A stretch of 64,000 nucleotides of DNA from Nitrososphaeria archaeon (GTDB taxonomy: Archaea > Thermoproteota > Nitrososphaeria > JACIWG01), in NCBI GenBank assembly GCA_026413865.1, contig JAOAKB010000004.1, forward strand, positions 1,664-65,663, written 5' to 3'. The first letter of the stretch is position 1. Each line of letters opens with the position of its first letter. Shown piece after piece: positions 20,330-31,144 of the stretch. The position numbers were made by a program, and so were the translations under genes. A model generated the notes under the pieces. The model was given only the letters and a program-made list of their open reading frames with translations, was not told the DNA's origin and did not search any database.

Positions 20330-21932
20330 CATTTCTTCTCCACATACTTGCTTCAATAAATCCTCTAAAAATTGGGTCAGGCTTACCGGGTCTACTAACA
20401 AACTCAGGATGATACTGTGAAGCCATATAGAATGGGTGACCCTTCAACTCAATAACTTCAACTCGTTTCATGTCCTCACTAAAGCCTGAGAAGACCATTC
20501 CAGCCTCCTGTAGGACACTCCAATATTTTGGGTTAATTTCATATCTGTGCCTATGCCTTTCTCTAATAACATTCTTTCCATAAAGCTTGTAAGCCAATGT
20601 ACCCTCCTTCAAGATAATATTATGCCCACCAAGTCTCATGGTTCCACCAAGCTTGTCTATTTCCTTCTGTTCAGGTAAGAGGTCTATAACAGGATATGGT
20701 GTATTGGGGTCAATTTCAGTAGAATTTGCACCCTCATAGCCCAACACATGTCTAGCGAACGAGACTACAGCAAGCTGTAGGCCAAAACATAGCCCAAGAT
20801 AGGGAATCCCCTTTTCTCTTGCAAAGTTTGCTGCCAAAATCTTTCCTTCAGCACCTCTACTGCCAAAACCTCCTGGAACTATTATACCATCATACTTTTC
20901 AAGTTCAGAAAGACTACTACTATCACATTCAAGATTCTCAGATTCTATCCAATGAATTTTAACCCTACATTTTAGTATGCCACCAGCATGGTATAGTGCA
21001 TGGTTAACACTAACATAGCTGTCAGCAAGTTCAGCATATTTTCCTACCATCGCAATATGAACTTCATCTTTTGATTCAAGCATATCTTTAACAATATTAT
21101 TCCATTCAGATAAATCAACATTCCTTGAAGGGATCTTTAACTGTTCAAAGATTATTTTAGAAAGACCTTGTTCTTCAAGTACCTGTGGAACAAGATATGG
21201 TGACTTAAGGTCAGGGCTTGAGAGAACATTTTCTTTTAGAACATTTGTGAAAAGAGAAATCTTTTCCCTATTTGATTCAGTCAAACGCTTCTTTGACCGA
21301 ACAATTATTAAGTCAGGCTGAATACCTATTCTTCTAAGCTCCTGAACACTATGCTGAGTAGGTTTAGTTTTCAGTTCACCAACCTCCTCTATTATAGGAG
21401 CAAGAGTGACGTGAACAAAAAGCGTATTATCCTTTCCCTCTTCAAACCTCATCTGTCTCAAAGCCTCAAGAAAAGGTAATGCTTCAATATCTCCAACAGT
21501 TCCACCAGATTCTACAATCATAATTTCAGCATTATCCTTTCTTGCGGCATATCTTATCAAACGTTTTATTTCATCAGTTATATGAGGTATTATTTGGACA
21601 CATTTACCCAAATACTTTCCCTCACGTTCCCGCTGTAGAACATTAAGATAGACTTGGCCAGTCGTTATATTATTTGCTCTAGAAAGATTTATGTCAAGAA
21701 AACGTTCGTATGTACCTATATCCATGTCGGTTTCAGCACCATCATCACAGACAAAAACTTCACCATGTACTAGAGGGTTCATTGTTCCAGCGTCAACATT
21801 AAGGTAAGGATCCATCTTCATCAAAGAAACTCTTATCCCAGAAGATTGGAGAATCTTTCCAATAGAGCCAGCTATAACACCCTTGCCGATTCCACTAATA
21901 ACTCCACCAGTGACAAAAATGTATTTGGGCAT
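20304..21932 (-). CDS. pyrG: CTP synthase
   Basis: YIFVTGGVISGIGKG, KMDPYLNVDAGTM, GGTVGDIE, KTKPTQHSV, GLCFG, ERHRHRYE, QYHPEF. Confidence 0.98.
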   Translation of the reverse strand: MPKYIFVTGGVISGIGKGVIAGSIGKILQSSGIRVSLMKMDPYLNVDAGTMNPLVHGEVFVCDDGAETDMDIGTYERFLDINLSRANNITTGQVYLNVLQREREGKYLGKCVQIIPHITDEIKRLIRYAARKDNAEIMIVESGGTVGDIEALPFLEALRQMRFEEGKDNTLFVHVTLAPIIEEVGELKTKPTQHSVQELRRIGIQPDLIIVRSKKRLTESNREKISLFTNVLKENVLSSPDLKSPYLVPQVLEEQGLSKIIFEQLKIPSRNVDLSEWNNIVKDMLESKDEVHIAMVGKYAELADSYVSVNHALYHAGGILKCRVKIHWIESENLECDSSSLSELEKYDGIIVPGGFGSRGAEGKILAANFAREKGIPYLGLCFGLQLAVVSFARHVLGYEGANSTEIDPNTPYPVIDLLPEQKEIDKLGGTMRLGGHNIILKEGTLAYKLYGKNVIRERHRHRYEINPKYWSVLQEAGMVFSGFSEDMKRVEVIELKGHPFYMASQYHPEFVSRPGKPDPIFRGFIEASMWRRNAIGVSLKV

Positions 21933-21973
21933 AAAAGGTAATCTAATCGATAATATAAATAATTATCGCATCA

Positions 21974-23047
21974 TTACAATTCAATCAGTTCTTTAGTAAA
22001 ATGTGTTAAACATTCTACATTTTCACCAACATAAACAGTGTCTTCAATACGTACACCAAACTTTTTAGGAATATAGACACCAGGCTCTACAGTAACAACG
22101 TTCCCTAATTCAAGCAACTCAGATTGATTTACTGAAAGAGTTGGAGGCTCATGGACTTCTAGGCCTACACCATGACCAGTACCATGAGTAAAATATTCCA
22201 GATAACCTTTTTCACCAATAAACTTCCTACACATAGAGTCGACATCACCAGCCTTAACACCCACTCTAACAGCCTTAATACCCTTCTCCTGAGCAAATAG
22301 AACCGCATCATAAACATTCTTGAATTCACTTGATGCACGGCCAAGAATAAATGTCCTAGTTTCGTCAGAAACATAGCCTCCGTATCTAAAGAAAAAATCT
22401 AACTTTATAACATCACCACGCCTAAAACGTCTTTCAGTAACCTGCGCATGAGGAAGAGAAGAATTTGGGCCTGAAGCAACAATTATTGGTGTAAAGTCAG
22501 TGTTAACATATGGTGTGTCAAGACCTAAGCCTATAGCTTCACCAACAATTCTAGAGGCAACCTCCCTCTCACTAACACCCTCCTTTATAATTTTGGTAGA
22601 AAGATCATATAGCATATCAATACGTTTAGAAGCCTCCTTCAATAGCCTAACTTCGTACTCGTCCTTAACCTTCCTAACATCATAAAAAATTTTAGGCTCA
22701 ACAACTAAACCTACATTCAAACTTTTCTCCAAACGTTCCTTCAACGAAAAAGGGATTTCGTCTACAAGAACACGAGTTCTAACATAATCTTTTAGAAGAG
22801 AAAAAGAAGATTCACCCAAAGGTGCAGAAACAACTTCGGTTTCAAAAGAATATTCAGAAGCCCTATTCTTTTCAAGAAGACCAGTAAAAAGTCGAGCACC
22901 ATCCTGAGTTAAAAGAAGATAGCCACCACCCCAGAAGCCAGTAAAATAGTAAATGTTTTCAACACCAGTTACAAGAACCTGTTTAAAGCCAAGCTCTTCA
23001 GCCTTTAAAAGAATCTTCTTCCTCCTAACTAAAATCTGGGAAATCAT
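21974..23047 (-). CDS. Xaa-Pro peptidase (M24B)
   Basis: GYVSDETRT, HGTGHGVGLEVHEPP, TVEPGVY, GVRIED. Confidence 0.93.
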   Translation of the reverse strand: MISQILVRRKKILLKAEELGFKQVLVTGVENIYYFTGFWGGGYLLLTQDGARLFTGLLEKNRASEYSFETEVVSAPLGESSFSLLKDYVRTRVLVDEIPFSLKERLEKSLNVGLVVEPKIFYDVRKVKDEYEVRLLKEASKRIDMLYDLSTKIIKEGVSEREVASRIVGEAIGLGLDTPYVNTDFTPIIVASGPNSSLPHAQVTERRFRRGDVIKLDFFFRYGGYVSDETRTFILGRASSEFKNVYDAVLFAQEKGIKAVRVGVKAGDVDSMCRKFIGEKGYLEYFTHGTGHGVGLEVHEPPTLSVNQSELLELGNVVTVEPGVYIPKKFGVRIEDTVYVGENVECLTHFTKELIEL

Positions 23048-23098
23048 ATGCTCTAGGGATTTACTTTAGACAAATTTAACCTTATCCAAGAGATAACA

Positions 23099-24151
23099 TT
23101 ACATTCTAACATATTTTCCTCTAATAGGAATTTGTACACCACATTTTGGGCACCTTCCATCATCTGAAAGATAGTAGTCTAGAACTTTAAAATCAGACCT
23201 GACAATGACCCTTTCACCACAATTATGACAGTATGTGTGAGAAAAACGGTGACCTGGAACATTGCCAACATACGGATACCATATTCCAACCTTTTTCGCA
23301 AGATTGTAGGCCATTTCAAGAATCTCAACCTTAGTTGGTGGAGCCTTAAACTTGTATGCTGGAAAATATCTTGTGAAATGTATTGGAGTTTCTGGCCCAG
23401 CTTCCCTAACATGCCTTTCAACAATCCATCGAATACATTCTTCACCATCATTCACACCAGTAACAATAAGATTCACTACTTCAACATGTAAGCCAAGCCT
23501 TTTAGCCTCCCTAACATTCCTCCAAACTATTTCAACATCAAGATTACCAAGAAACTTACTGTATGTGTCGGCATCACCCTTAACATCAACCTTTAACCCA
23601 TCCAAACCACTATTCTTCAAAAAACGTAAAGCTTCAATTGTAAAATAACCATTACTTACATAACAACAGTACAATCCAAGTTTAGAGCCCCTACTAAAAA
23701 CATCTCCAGCCCATTCAGCCAAAAGAGTTGGCTCCTGAAAACTTGCACACAAGCCAAGGTCGCCACATTTTAAGGCAAACTCAACAACCTTTCCAGCATC
23801 AAGATATGAGGCCCTAGATGGAGAGGGTAAAGTTCTTGAAAGATGAAAATTTTGACACCAAGGACACATAAAGTTACAAGACCATGTTGAGAATGTTAAG
23901 GCTGTAGAACCTGGCCAATAATGATAGAATGGCTTAATTTCTATAGACCTACTTTCGATAGCACTAACATCACCATATACGAGCGTGTAAAGCCTTCCAT
24001 CAATGTTAATTCTTGTACCACAAAAGCCTCTATCGCCAACCAAAATAACACATCTTCTCTCACATAAGGAACATTTGACACTATCATTACCTAACCTTTC
24101 ATAAAAAATTGATTCCCTTACCGAAGTATATTTTAGAAGCTCTGACCCCAT
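23099..24151 (-). CDS. amrS: AmmeMemoRadiSam-type radical SAM enzyme (PFL-activase-like)
   Basis: CSLCERRC..CGTR N-terminus, IEIKPFYH, CNFMCPWCQN radical SAM motif, HFTRYFPAY, YVGNVPG, C-terminal CHNC/CPKC. Confidence 0.85.
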   Translation of the reverse strand: MGSELLKYTSVRESIFYERLGNDSVKCSLCERRCVILVGDRGFCGTRINIDGRLYTLVYGDVSAIESRSIEIKPFYHYWPGSTALTFSTWSCNFMCPWCQNFHLSRTLPSPSRASYLDAGKVVEFALKCGDLGLCASFQEPTLLAEWAGDVFSRGSKLGLYCCYVSNGYFTIEALRFLKNSGLDGLKVDVKGDADTYSKFLGNLDVEIVWRNVREAKRLGLHVEVVNLIVTGVNDGEECIRWIVERHVREAGPETPIHFTRYFPAYKFKAPPTKVEILEMAYNLAKKVGIWYPYVGNVPGHRFSHTYCHNCGERVIVRSDFKVLDYYLSDDGRCPKCGVQIPIRGKYVRM

Positions 24152-24216
24152 ACTACATTCAAATAGAATAAAAATTACTTTTTAGCTCTTTCTTACATTA
24201 TGATACTAGAAAATTA

Positions 24217-25920
24217 TTATTTGACATTATATGATGGAAGTGTAATAGTAAATGTTGTACCAACACCTTCTACGCTGTGGAAAGTTATTTGGCCACCCAA
24301 TAATTCTATAAGCCTTTTACATACAGCAAGACCCATACCCATGCCCTTAGATTTTGTTGTAAAAAGTGGTTCAAAGATTCTAGCTTGAATTTCTTTAGGA
24401 ATACCCTTACCCGTATCAGTAATAGTCAAAACCACTTTTTCACCTTCCCTTTTCCCTTCGATAGTCAATCTTCCACCCTCGGACATCGCTTGAACAGCAT
24501 TAGTTATAATATTTGAGAGAACATGCCTTAATATTATTGGATCGGAGACTACTGCTAACCTTTCCTCACAAAATATTTCAGTCTTTATATTTGATGGTAT
24601 TGGACTATAAGAAATTAGTTCTCTTATAAGCTCCCATAGATTAATTTCTGTTTTAACAGCTTTAATGGTTGTTCCATAAAAGTATAGGTCCGAAACAATT
24701 TTATCCACATATCTTATCTGAAACTTTATAGATTCCAATTTTTCAAGCAAATCTGGTTGAGGCTTCTCTGAAGCCTTAACCTTTTCCTCTATTAAGTATA
24801 TATTATTAAGGATAGATTGCAAGGGATTTCTAAGATCATGAGCAATAATTGTCGCAGTTTCACCAATAGCTGAAATACGTTCCTCTTGAATCTTGGCCTG
24901 AGCCCTTTCAAGCTTATCAAGCATACCATTAATAATCTTACACATGTTGGCTATTTCATCATCACCCTTTACACTCACTCTTGCAGAAATGTCTCCACTT
25001 TCACCAATCTTTTCTAACTCTTTATCAACGTCCTCAATATCCTTTAGAATACCATATTTGAACATCAAAAATATTCCTACACCAATTAAAGTTACACATG
25101 ATAAAGTTGCGAAAGCAAAGTTAAAGACATGAACTATTCCTTCCCTATAAATCTGTCTAGATTCAGTATATTCTGCAATCAAAGCATCATTCCCATAAAT
25201 ATCCTTAAAAATAACATATCCAATAATATTTTCACTTAATGGTTTTACATAAATGCCTTCATAAAATGGTTCACCCTCAATTCTTTTAAACTCAGTCCCA
25301 AATGTGAAGATAGAAAAATTTTTCTTAAAGCAAATTTAATTTCATTTAATTGATTAGAGTCAAGATATCGTCCCATCAACAAAAAAACCCATCGAAGGCC
25401 CTTCACCTTCACTTGTCAAGATCTGGTGCATAGAGAATATTGTAGGCTTTTCCAAAATAATTATCCCACTTAAACCATTTTCCTTAATACAAAGTCTTAA
25501 AATCGTTGAATTAGGTTGAATGTGAATATTTAAACTGTCTGGTAACAGTATTATTCTTTTTGTTGTCAAATTATATGCTTGGCCCCAAAAGATTTTTCCA
25601 TCATTATCTACAAAGAGTATAAAATTTATCCTTAAATTTTCGAAAACTGAACTAACTAGATTATTTTCGATATAGGCTCTACTTTTTGTTTTCATAAAAT
25701 TATATGTATCATCCCAGTACGCCCAATCCCTAACAACCCTATCCATTTCTTTTATATTAGATTCAATGCCATTCTTTATGTCTATAAGGTCTTCAACCAT
25801 CTGCCTTTTCTCTATCGCTCCAAAATGTGAAAGCATAGTTTGACCTAAGATAAGCTGCACAATAATTATCACTATAGTTGAGATTATAACTATTAGGAAA
25901 GCCTTTTCACTTTTCTTCAA
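24217..25920 (-). pseudogene. CHASE4-HAMP-histidine kinase, interrupted by two compensating frameshifts
   Basis: ORF 25360-25920 has a TM helix plus CHASE4 (DWAYWDDTY). ORF 24217-25182 has TM-HAMP-HisKA (AHDLRNPL)-HATPase (NAVQAM, DTGKGI, FTTKSKGMGMGL). Both are in the same frame, with a ~60 bp out-of-frame patch between homopolymers. Confidence 0.85.
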
Positions 25921-25967
25921 AAATTTTCACTTCAAGTATGCGACGACGTTATTTAAAAATGTTATAT

Positions 25968-26930
25968 TCACTCACTTTGAAGATATCTAGTAGCCCATTT
26001 CATCTTCTTTTCCACATGAACACCTATTTCTTCATGACCCATTCCATAATATACTTCTATAGCCTTATCCTTTGAAAACAAATGATTGTATGTAGCAAAT
26101 ATTGTTGATGGAGGACATACAGTGTCTATTAGTCCAACAGAAAAAATTGTTGGCTGCATAATTTCTGGTGCAAAGTTCATTCCATCAAAGTAAGATAGCG
26201 TTTCCATAATCTTTTCCTCCTCCTCTGGCCTTATTCTAAGATAGTTTAATATTTCAAGATATGGCCCCGATTCTGCAACATATACTGCCCTGTCAAAGTG
26301 GCATAGGTATGGTACACTTGGCATTGCAATTTTAACTTTAGGATGCAAGGCTGCAGTCACTATTGATAGTCCTCCACCTTGGCTCATTCCAGAAACACCA
26401 ATCCTATCTTCATCAACATCCTTTCTTTCTAGAACATATTTTATTGCCCTATAACAGTCCATGAAAACGTATCTGTAATAGTATGTGTTTTTATCTTGTA
26501 TACCTTTTGTCATGTTTCCTGTAATGTTTCCAAATGGATATCTTGCATAATCTGGTGCTTCACCAGCCTGACCTCTAACATCAACAGCTAAAATTGAGAA
26601 GCCAAGCATTATCCAGCCAAGATAGTCTGTTATCACACCCTTGCTTGAACCATATCCATGGAAGAATACTATTGTTGGAGATGACTTTTTGTTCTTTGAA
26701 TCTTTTGCGAAGAAAGCTGTTATTGGAGTCTTGTCAATGTATCCGTCAAAAACAATTTTATAAATCTCTATTCTATTTGTAAAATATTCTATCTTCTTTT
26801 CATTAAAGTTTAGTGGCTGTTCTTCTGCAAATTTAACATTTTCCTCCCAAAATCTTTTAAAATCACTTTTTCTAGTTAGTGTAGGCTTGTACTCCTTAAG
26901 CTCTTTTAATGTTAAGTCTACAAGAGGCAT
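25968..26930 (-). CDS. Acetyl xylan esterase / cephalosporin-C deacetylase (CE7)
   Basis: FHGY, DVRGQ, GMSQGG nucleophile elbow, TLSYFD, DTVCPPST, GHE. Confidence 0.92.
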   Translation of the reverse strand: MPLVDLTLKELKEYKPTLTRKSDFKRFWEENVKFAEEQPLNFNEKKIEYFTNRIEIYKIVFDGYIDKTPITAFFAKDSKNKKSSPTIVFFHGYGSSKGVITDYLGWIMLGFSILAVDVRGQAGEAPDYARYPFGNITGNMTKGIQDKNTYYYRYVFMDCYRAIKYVLERKDVDEDRIGVSGMSQGGGLSIVTAALHPKVKIAMPSVPYLCHFDRAVYVAESGPYLEILNYLRIRPEEEEKIMETLSYFDGMNFAPEIMQPTIFSVGLIDTVCPPSTIFATYNHLFSKDKAIEVYYGMGHEEIGVHVEKKMKWATRYLQSE

Positions 26931-26975
26931 ACACTATATATTATATGGTTTAGTAATAAATTTTTTGTAAAGAAT

Positions 26976-28130
26976 TTATTTACACAGAAATGGTTCTAGC
27001 TTTCTTTCATTAACTTCTAGCCCTAGTCCCACATTCTCTGGAACCCTAACATACCCTTTAGAAAAAACTTCCACAGGTATATCACATATATTGTTTGAGA
27101 ATGGGTTTGGACTCTCTTTTATATCGTACACTTCATATGTTAGAAATGTTTCTGGAGAAATTGATGCTGAAAGATGTAATGTTGCAGCCCTACATCCTGC
27201 ACCAGACAAGCCTACATGTGGAGAATATTGTATATTGTAGGCTCTCGCAAAAGACACTATTCTTGAACATCCAGTTATCCCCCCGGCTCTTGCAATATCA
27301 GGCTGAATAATGTCTACAACACCATTTTCAATATAGTCCCTAAAATCATATACTGTGAAAAGGGATTCACCACAGGCTATCGGCACATCAACCTTCCTCT
27401 TTAAAGCAATATACCCTTTTAGGTCGTAGACTGGCAAAGGCTCCTCAAACCATCTTACTTCAAGCCTTTCAAGAAATTTTGCAAGCTTTAATGCGCTACT
27501 TAAATTGTAGGCCGAGTTCGCATCAACCATAATTTCAACATCTTTTCCCACTTCATCTCTAATTGTCTTAAGATTTTCGATATCACGTTCAACACCCATA
27601 CCGACCTTAACCTTAATCTGGTCGTGTCCTTCATCAACCCACTCCCTAGCCCTCTTAGCCATCTCCTCCGGCTTACCGAAGACTATAGATGAGGCATAAG
27701 CTTTCAATTGCCCTCTAAATTTTCCACCAAGAAGATCGTATACTGGCCTCTGAAGAATTTTTCCCTTAAGATCCCATATGGCAATATCTACGCCAGCCAA
27801 GGCTTCTATGAAATAGCCTCTTGTATGACCTCGATTCTTAAGGGAAGCAAACATTTCCTCCCACAAAACTTCCGTTTCTAAAGGACTTTTTCCTATAACA
27901 ATATTTTTTAAAAGCCTTCTAACAATTTCAGCTGTAGCTTGAGGAACCTCCCTAACCCAGCATTCTCCAAAACCATACAAGCCATCATCAGCAATAACCT
28001 TAACAAAGCATGAGGCGTACCCGCGTCTAACAGTTTTTTCAAGTGATTTCTGGAATGGTAGATAGCCTGAGATTGCAGAAGATGCTTCCGAGTAAACAGG
28101 ATATACTAGGACATCGACAATCCTTGACAT
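26976..28130 (-). CDS. Mandelate racemase/muconate lactonizing enzyme family (acid-sugar dehydratase-like)
   Basis: GVDIAIWDLKGK, KxK (KVKVG), metal ligands MVDAN / FEEP / CGES, QPD, PH. Confidence 0.92.
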   Translation of the reverse strand: MSRIVDVLVYPVYSEASSAISGYLPFQKSLEKTVRRGYASCFVKVIADDGLYGFGECWVREVPQATAEIVRRLLKNIVIGKSPLETEVLWEEMFASLKNRGHTRGYFIEALAGVDIAIWDLKGKILQRPVYDLLGGKFRGQLKAYASSIVFGKPEEMAKRAREWVDEGHDQIKVKVGMGVERDIENLKTIRDEVGKDVEIMVDANSAYNLSSALKLAKFLERLEVRWFEEPLPVYDLKGYIALKRKVDVPIACGESLFTVYDFRDYIENGVVDIIQPDIARAGGITGCSRIVSFARAYNIQYSPHVGLSGAGCRAATLHLSASISPETFLTYEVYDIKESPNPFSNNICDIPVEVFSKGYVRVPENVGLGLEVNERKLEPFLCK

Positions 28131-28163
28131 GCTGATTTTGTATCTAAGGCTATAGTATTTAAC

Positions 28164-28406
28164 CTATTCTATCTTTTCCAAAAAGATTGCAGAAACAGGA
28201 CAGACATCAGCACCCTCCTTAGCACACCCATATAGCTCATCTGGAATTACTCCAACAGATCTATCGGGCCCAAGCTCAACACTATATTTATCAACAACCT
28301 TATTTTTTCCATTGTCATTTCCCAACTCGTAAACTTTAGGGCATGTAGCTGGGGCAGCACCACAAGAAATACATAATCCCCTATCTATTGTTATTCTATA
28401 TGGCAT
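28164..28406 (-). CDS. Monocluster ferredoxin (atypical ligand motif)
   Basis: IDRGLCISCGAAPATCP...CAKEGADVCPVSAI. Confidence 0.85.
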   Translation of the reverse strand: MPYRITIDRGLCISCGAAPATCPKVYELGNDNGKNKVVDKYSVELGPDRSVGVIPDELYGCAKEGADVCPVSAIFLEKIE

Positions 28407-28518
28407 GATATAACCTAAAACTTTGATATTAAAAAATTTTTAAAAACAGTATTAATCGTTTATATATAGGTCTTAATATTACATAAAATTTTAATATTAG
28501 GTTTATAAAAAACTATTT

Positions 28519-28962
28519 ATGCTAAAAATTGGTTCGCCTCTTCCAGAAATTAGAGCATTAGACCAAAATGGGGAAGAAGTGAACTTTAAAGACTTTATTG
28601 GTAAAGTGACTGTAATATACTTCTATCCAAAAGATTTTACACCAGGGTGTACAAAAGAGGCATGCTCTTTCAGAGATAATATTGGCAAATTTAACAACAT
28701 AAACGTTGTAGGTGTGAGCGTACAAGATGTTGATTCTCATAAAAAATTTTACCTTATGCATTCATTGAATTTCACATTAATTGCTGATAACGATAAGAAG
28801 GTATCAGAAACGTTTGGAGTGCTAAGACCTACTGGAGTTGCTGAAAGAATTACATTTATATTTGATAAAGATGGTATTTTAAGATACATTTTCGACAAAG
28901 TTAATCCTGAAAATCATGCTGAAGAGGTTTTAGCAAAAATTAGAGAACTTGGTCTCCTATAA
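28519..28962 (+). CDS. bcp: Peroxiredoxin BCP/PrxQ
   Basis: YFYPKDFTPGCTKEACSFRD, ERITFI. Confidence 0.94.
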   Translation: MLKIGSPLPEIRALDQNGEEVNFKDFIGKVTVIYFYPKDFTPGCTKEACSFRDNIGKFNNINVVGVSVQDVDSHKKFYLMHSLNFTLIADNDKKVSETFGVLRPTGVAERITFIFDKDGILRYIFDKVNPENHAEEVLAKIRELGLL

Positions 28963-28975
28963 AGATGATTTGATT

Positions 28976-29380
28976 ATGGCTAAACGGCTCTCTGTTTTAG
29001 ATGCTAACAGGTGTACTGGATGCCAAAGCTGTATGTTTGCATGTTCTAGAAGATTTGGTGCTGGTGGACTAGCTTATTCAGCAATACATGTTCGTTCTGT
29101 TGGGGGAATAGAGCATGGCTTTGTTGTTATAGTTTGCAGAGCTTGTTCAAATCCACCATGTGCAAAAGTCTGCCCAGTTGATGCACTAAAAATTAGGATT
29201 GGTGGTGGAGTAATATTGGATGCTACAAGATGCATTGGATGCGGATTTTGTGTGAAATCATGCCCTTATGGAGCAATATTTTGGAATGAAAGGGAAAATA
29301 AACCCAATATTTGCATATACTGCGGATATTGTTCGAGATATTGTCCACATGATGTCATAGCTTTAGAGGAGATAGGGTGA
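28976..29380 (+). CDS. 4Fe-4S multicluster electron-transfer subunit of AOR
   Basis: CTGCQSCMFAC, CRAC..PPC..VCP, CIGCGFC..SCP, CIYCGYC..YCP. Probable start is ATG 28976 (ORF track starts 28949). Confidence 0.88.
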   Translation: MAKRLSVLDANRCTGCQSCMFACSRRFGAGGLAYSAIHVRSVGGIEHGFVVIVCRACSNPPCAKVCPVDALKIRIGGGVILDATRCIGCGFCVKSCPYGAIFWNERENKPNICIYCGYCSRYCPHDVIALEEIG

Positions 29381-29386
29381 AAAGGT

Positions 29387-31144
29387 TTGGACGAGTTCAT
29401 AAAAAATATTTTATATATTGATCTTTCAAGAAAAAAGTTCTGGGTTGAGGATAGAAGAAAACTTTTTGAAGAATATTTAGGTGGTGTAGGAGTTGCTTCA
29501 AAGATTCTATTAGAAGAATGCCCTAAGAACGCTGACCCACTTGGACCAGAAAATGTGATCATTTTCGCAGTCGGCCCACTAAATGGGCTCTTTCCAATTG
29601 CATCAAAGACTGTAGCATGTTTTAAATCACCCTTAACAAAATCTTATGGAGAAAGTCATGCTGGAGGAAGAAGCGCGATAGCAATCAGGCAAGCAGGATA
29701 TGGTGCAATAGTAATAAAGGGAGCGAGCGATACACCAGTATATGTTGCAGTACATGGAAAAAATGTTCTTTTTAGAGACGCTTCAGCACTTTGGGGACTA
29801 AGGAATAGTATAACAGTCGGAAGAGTACTTAGAGAGATAGAAGGTGGTGCTGGTGTAAGAACAATAATGAGGATTGGGGTTGCAGGAGAAAATCTTGTAT
29901 CATATGCTTCAGTCAACACAGAAACATATAGACATTTTGGTAGACTTGGTTTAGGAGCTGTTTTTGGAAGCAAAAAATTGAAAGCCCTAATAGTTTCTGG
30001 AAAAATGACAATACCAGTATCTAATTCTAAAAAGTATAGGGAATTGTATGATAAAATCTATACTACATCCATTAAATCTACTTTAATGAAAAAATATCAT
30101 GATCTTGGAACAGCATCAAACATAATACCATTAAACACAATAAATGCACTACCAACAAAAAATCTGAAAGAATCAAGTTTCGAGTATGCAGAAAATATTT
30201 CTGGAGAAAGATTGGCTGAAAAATATCTTGGTAGAAGAGTTGCCTGCGCACATTGTCCCATAGCATGCATACACCTTGCATCTTTAAGAGAACCTTATAT
30301 TACAGAACCATACTTTTACAAAACTACAATGATATCATACGATCATGAACTATTATATGCTCTTGGCTCAATGATAGGTGTAAGTAATACTGAAGGAGCC
30401 CTAAAGCTGATAGATGAGGTTGAAAAGTGGGGTGTTGATGCTATGATGACTGGAACAGTGCTAGCATGGATGACAGAAGCCTATGAGAAGGGAATAATAG
30501 GAGAAAATGAGACACTTGGCTTAAGATTAGAATGGGGTTCAGTTGAAGCATATATTAAGGCTATCGAATATATTGTTAGGAGAGTTAACGAATTCTATAA
30601 GACAGCATCAGAGGGATTAGATGCCCTTGCAAGCCGATACGGTGGAGAAGAGTTTGCTCTATCATATGGTGGAAACGGTATGCCCGGATACCATACAGGA
30701 CCAGGGGCACATATAACATATTTAACGGGTGCAAGACACAGCCACCTTGACAGTGCAGGCTATAGCCTCGACCAGGAAACTTTAAAAGGCAAACAACTTT
30801 CGGGAAAAGAGATTTCAGAAAAACTATACCATGAAGAAAGTTGGAGACAGATATTGTCAAGTCTTGTGGTCTGCTTTTTTTCAAGAGGAATATATACGCC
30901 AGAAATTGTATGCGAGACACTAAATATTTTAGATTATAGTTTTAATGAAAAAGAATTAAAAAGATTAGGTGAAAAGATATTGAGAAATAAAAATGATTTT
31001 AAGGAACGTGAAGGATTCAACATGCTTAATCAAAAGTTTCCCAAAAGAATATTTGAAACACCAACACCATTTGGAAACCTTAATGAAGAATCACTTTACG
31101 AAAGTGTAAAAGAATTCTACAAAATACTTAAAGAACATACCTAA
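29387..31144 (+). CDS. aor: Aldehyde:ferredoxin oxidoreductase family (W-pterin)
   Basis: YLGGVG, KSPLT..YGESHAGG, IGVAGEN, GRLGLGAVFGSKKLKA, CAHCPIAC, VVCFF. Confidence 0.9.
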   Translation: MDEFIKNILYIDLSRKKFWVEDRRKLFEEYLGGVGVASKILLEECPKNADPLGPENVIIFAVGPLNGLFPIASKTVACFKSPLTKSYGESHAGGRSAIAIRQAGYGAIVIKGASDTPVYVAVHGKNVLFRDASALWGLRNSITVGRVLREIEGGAGVRTIMRIGVAGENLVSYASVNTETYRHFGRLGLGAVFGSKKLKALIVSGKMTIPVSNSKKYRELYDKIYTTSIKSTLMKKYHDLGTASNIIPLNTINALPTKNLKESSFEYAENISGERLAEKYLGRRVACAHCPIACIHLASLREPYITEPYFYKTTMISYDHELLYALGSMIGVSNTEGALKLIDEVEKWGVDAMMTGTVLAWMTEAYEKGIIGENETLGLRLEWGSVEAYIKAIEYIVRRVNEFYKTASEGLDALASRYGGEEFALSYGGNGMPGYHTGPGAHITYLTGARHSHLDSAGYSLDQETLKGKQLSGKEISEKLYHEESWRQILSSLVVCFFSRGIYTPEIVCETLNILDYSFNEKELKRLGEKILRNKNDFKEREGFNMLNQKFPKRIFETPTPFGNLNEESLYESVKEFYKILKEHT

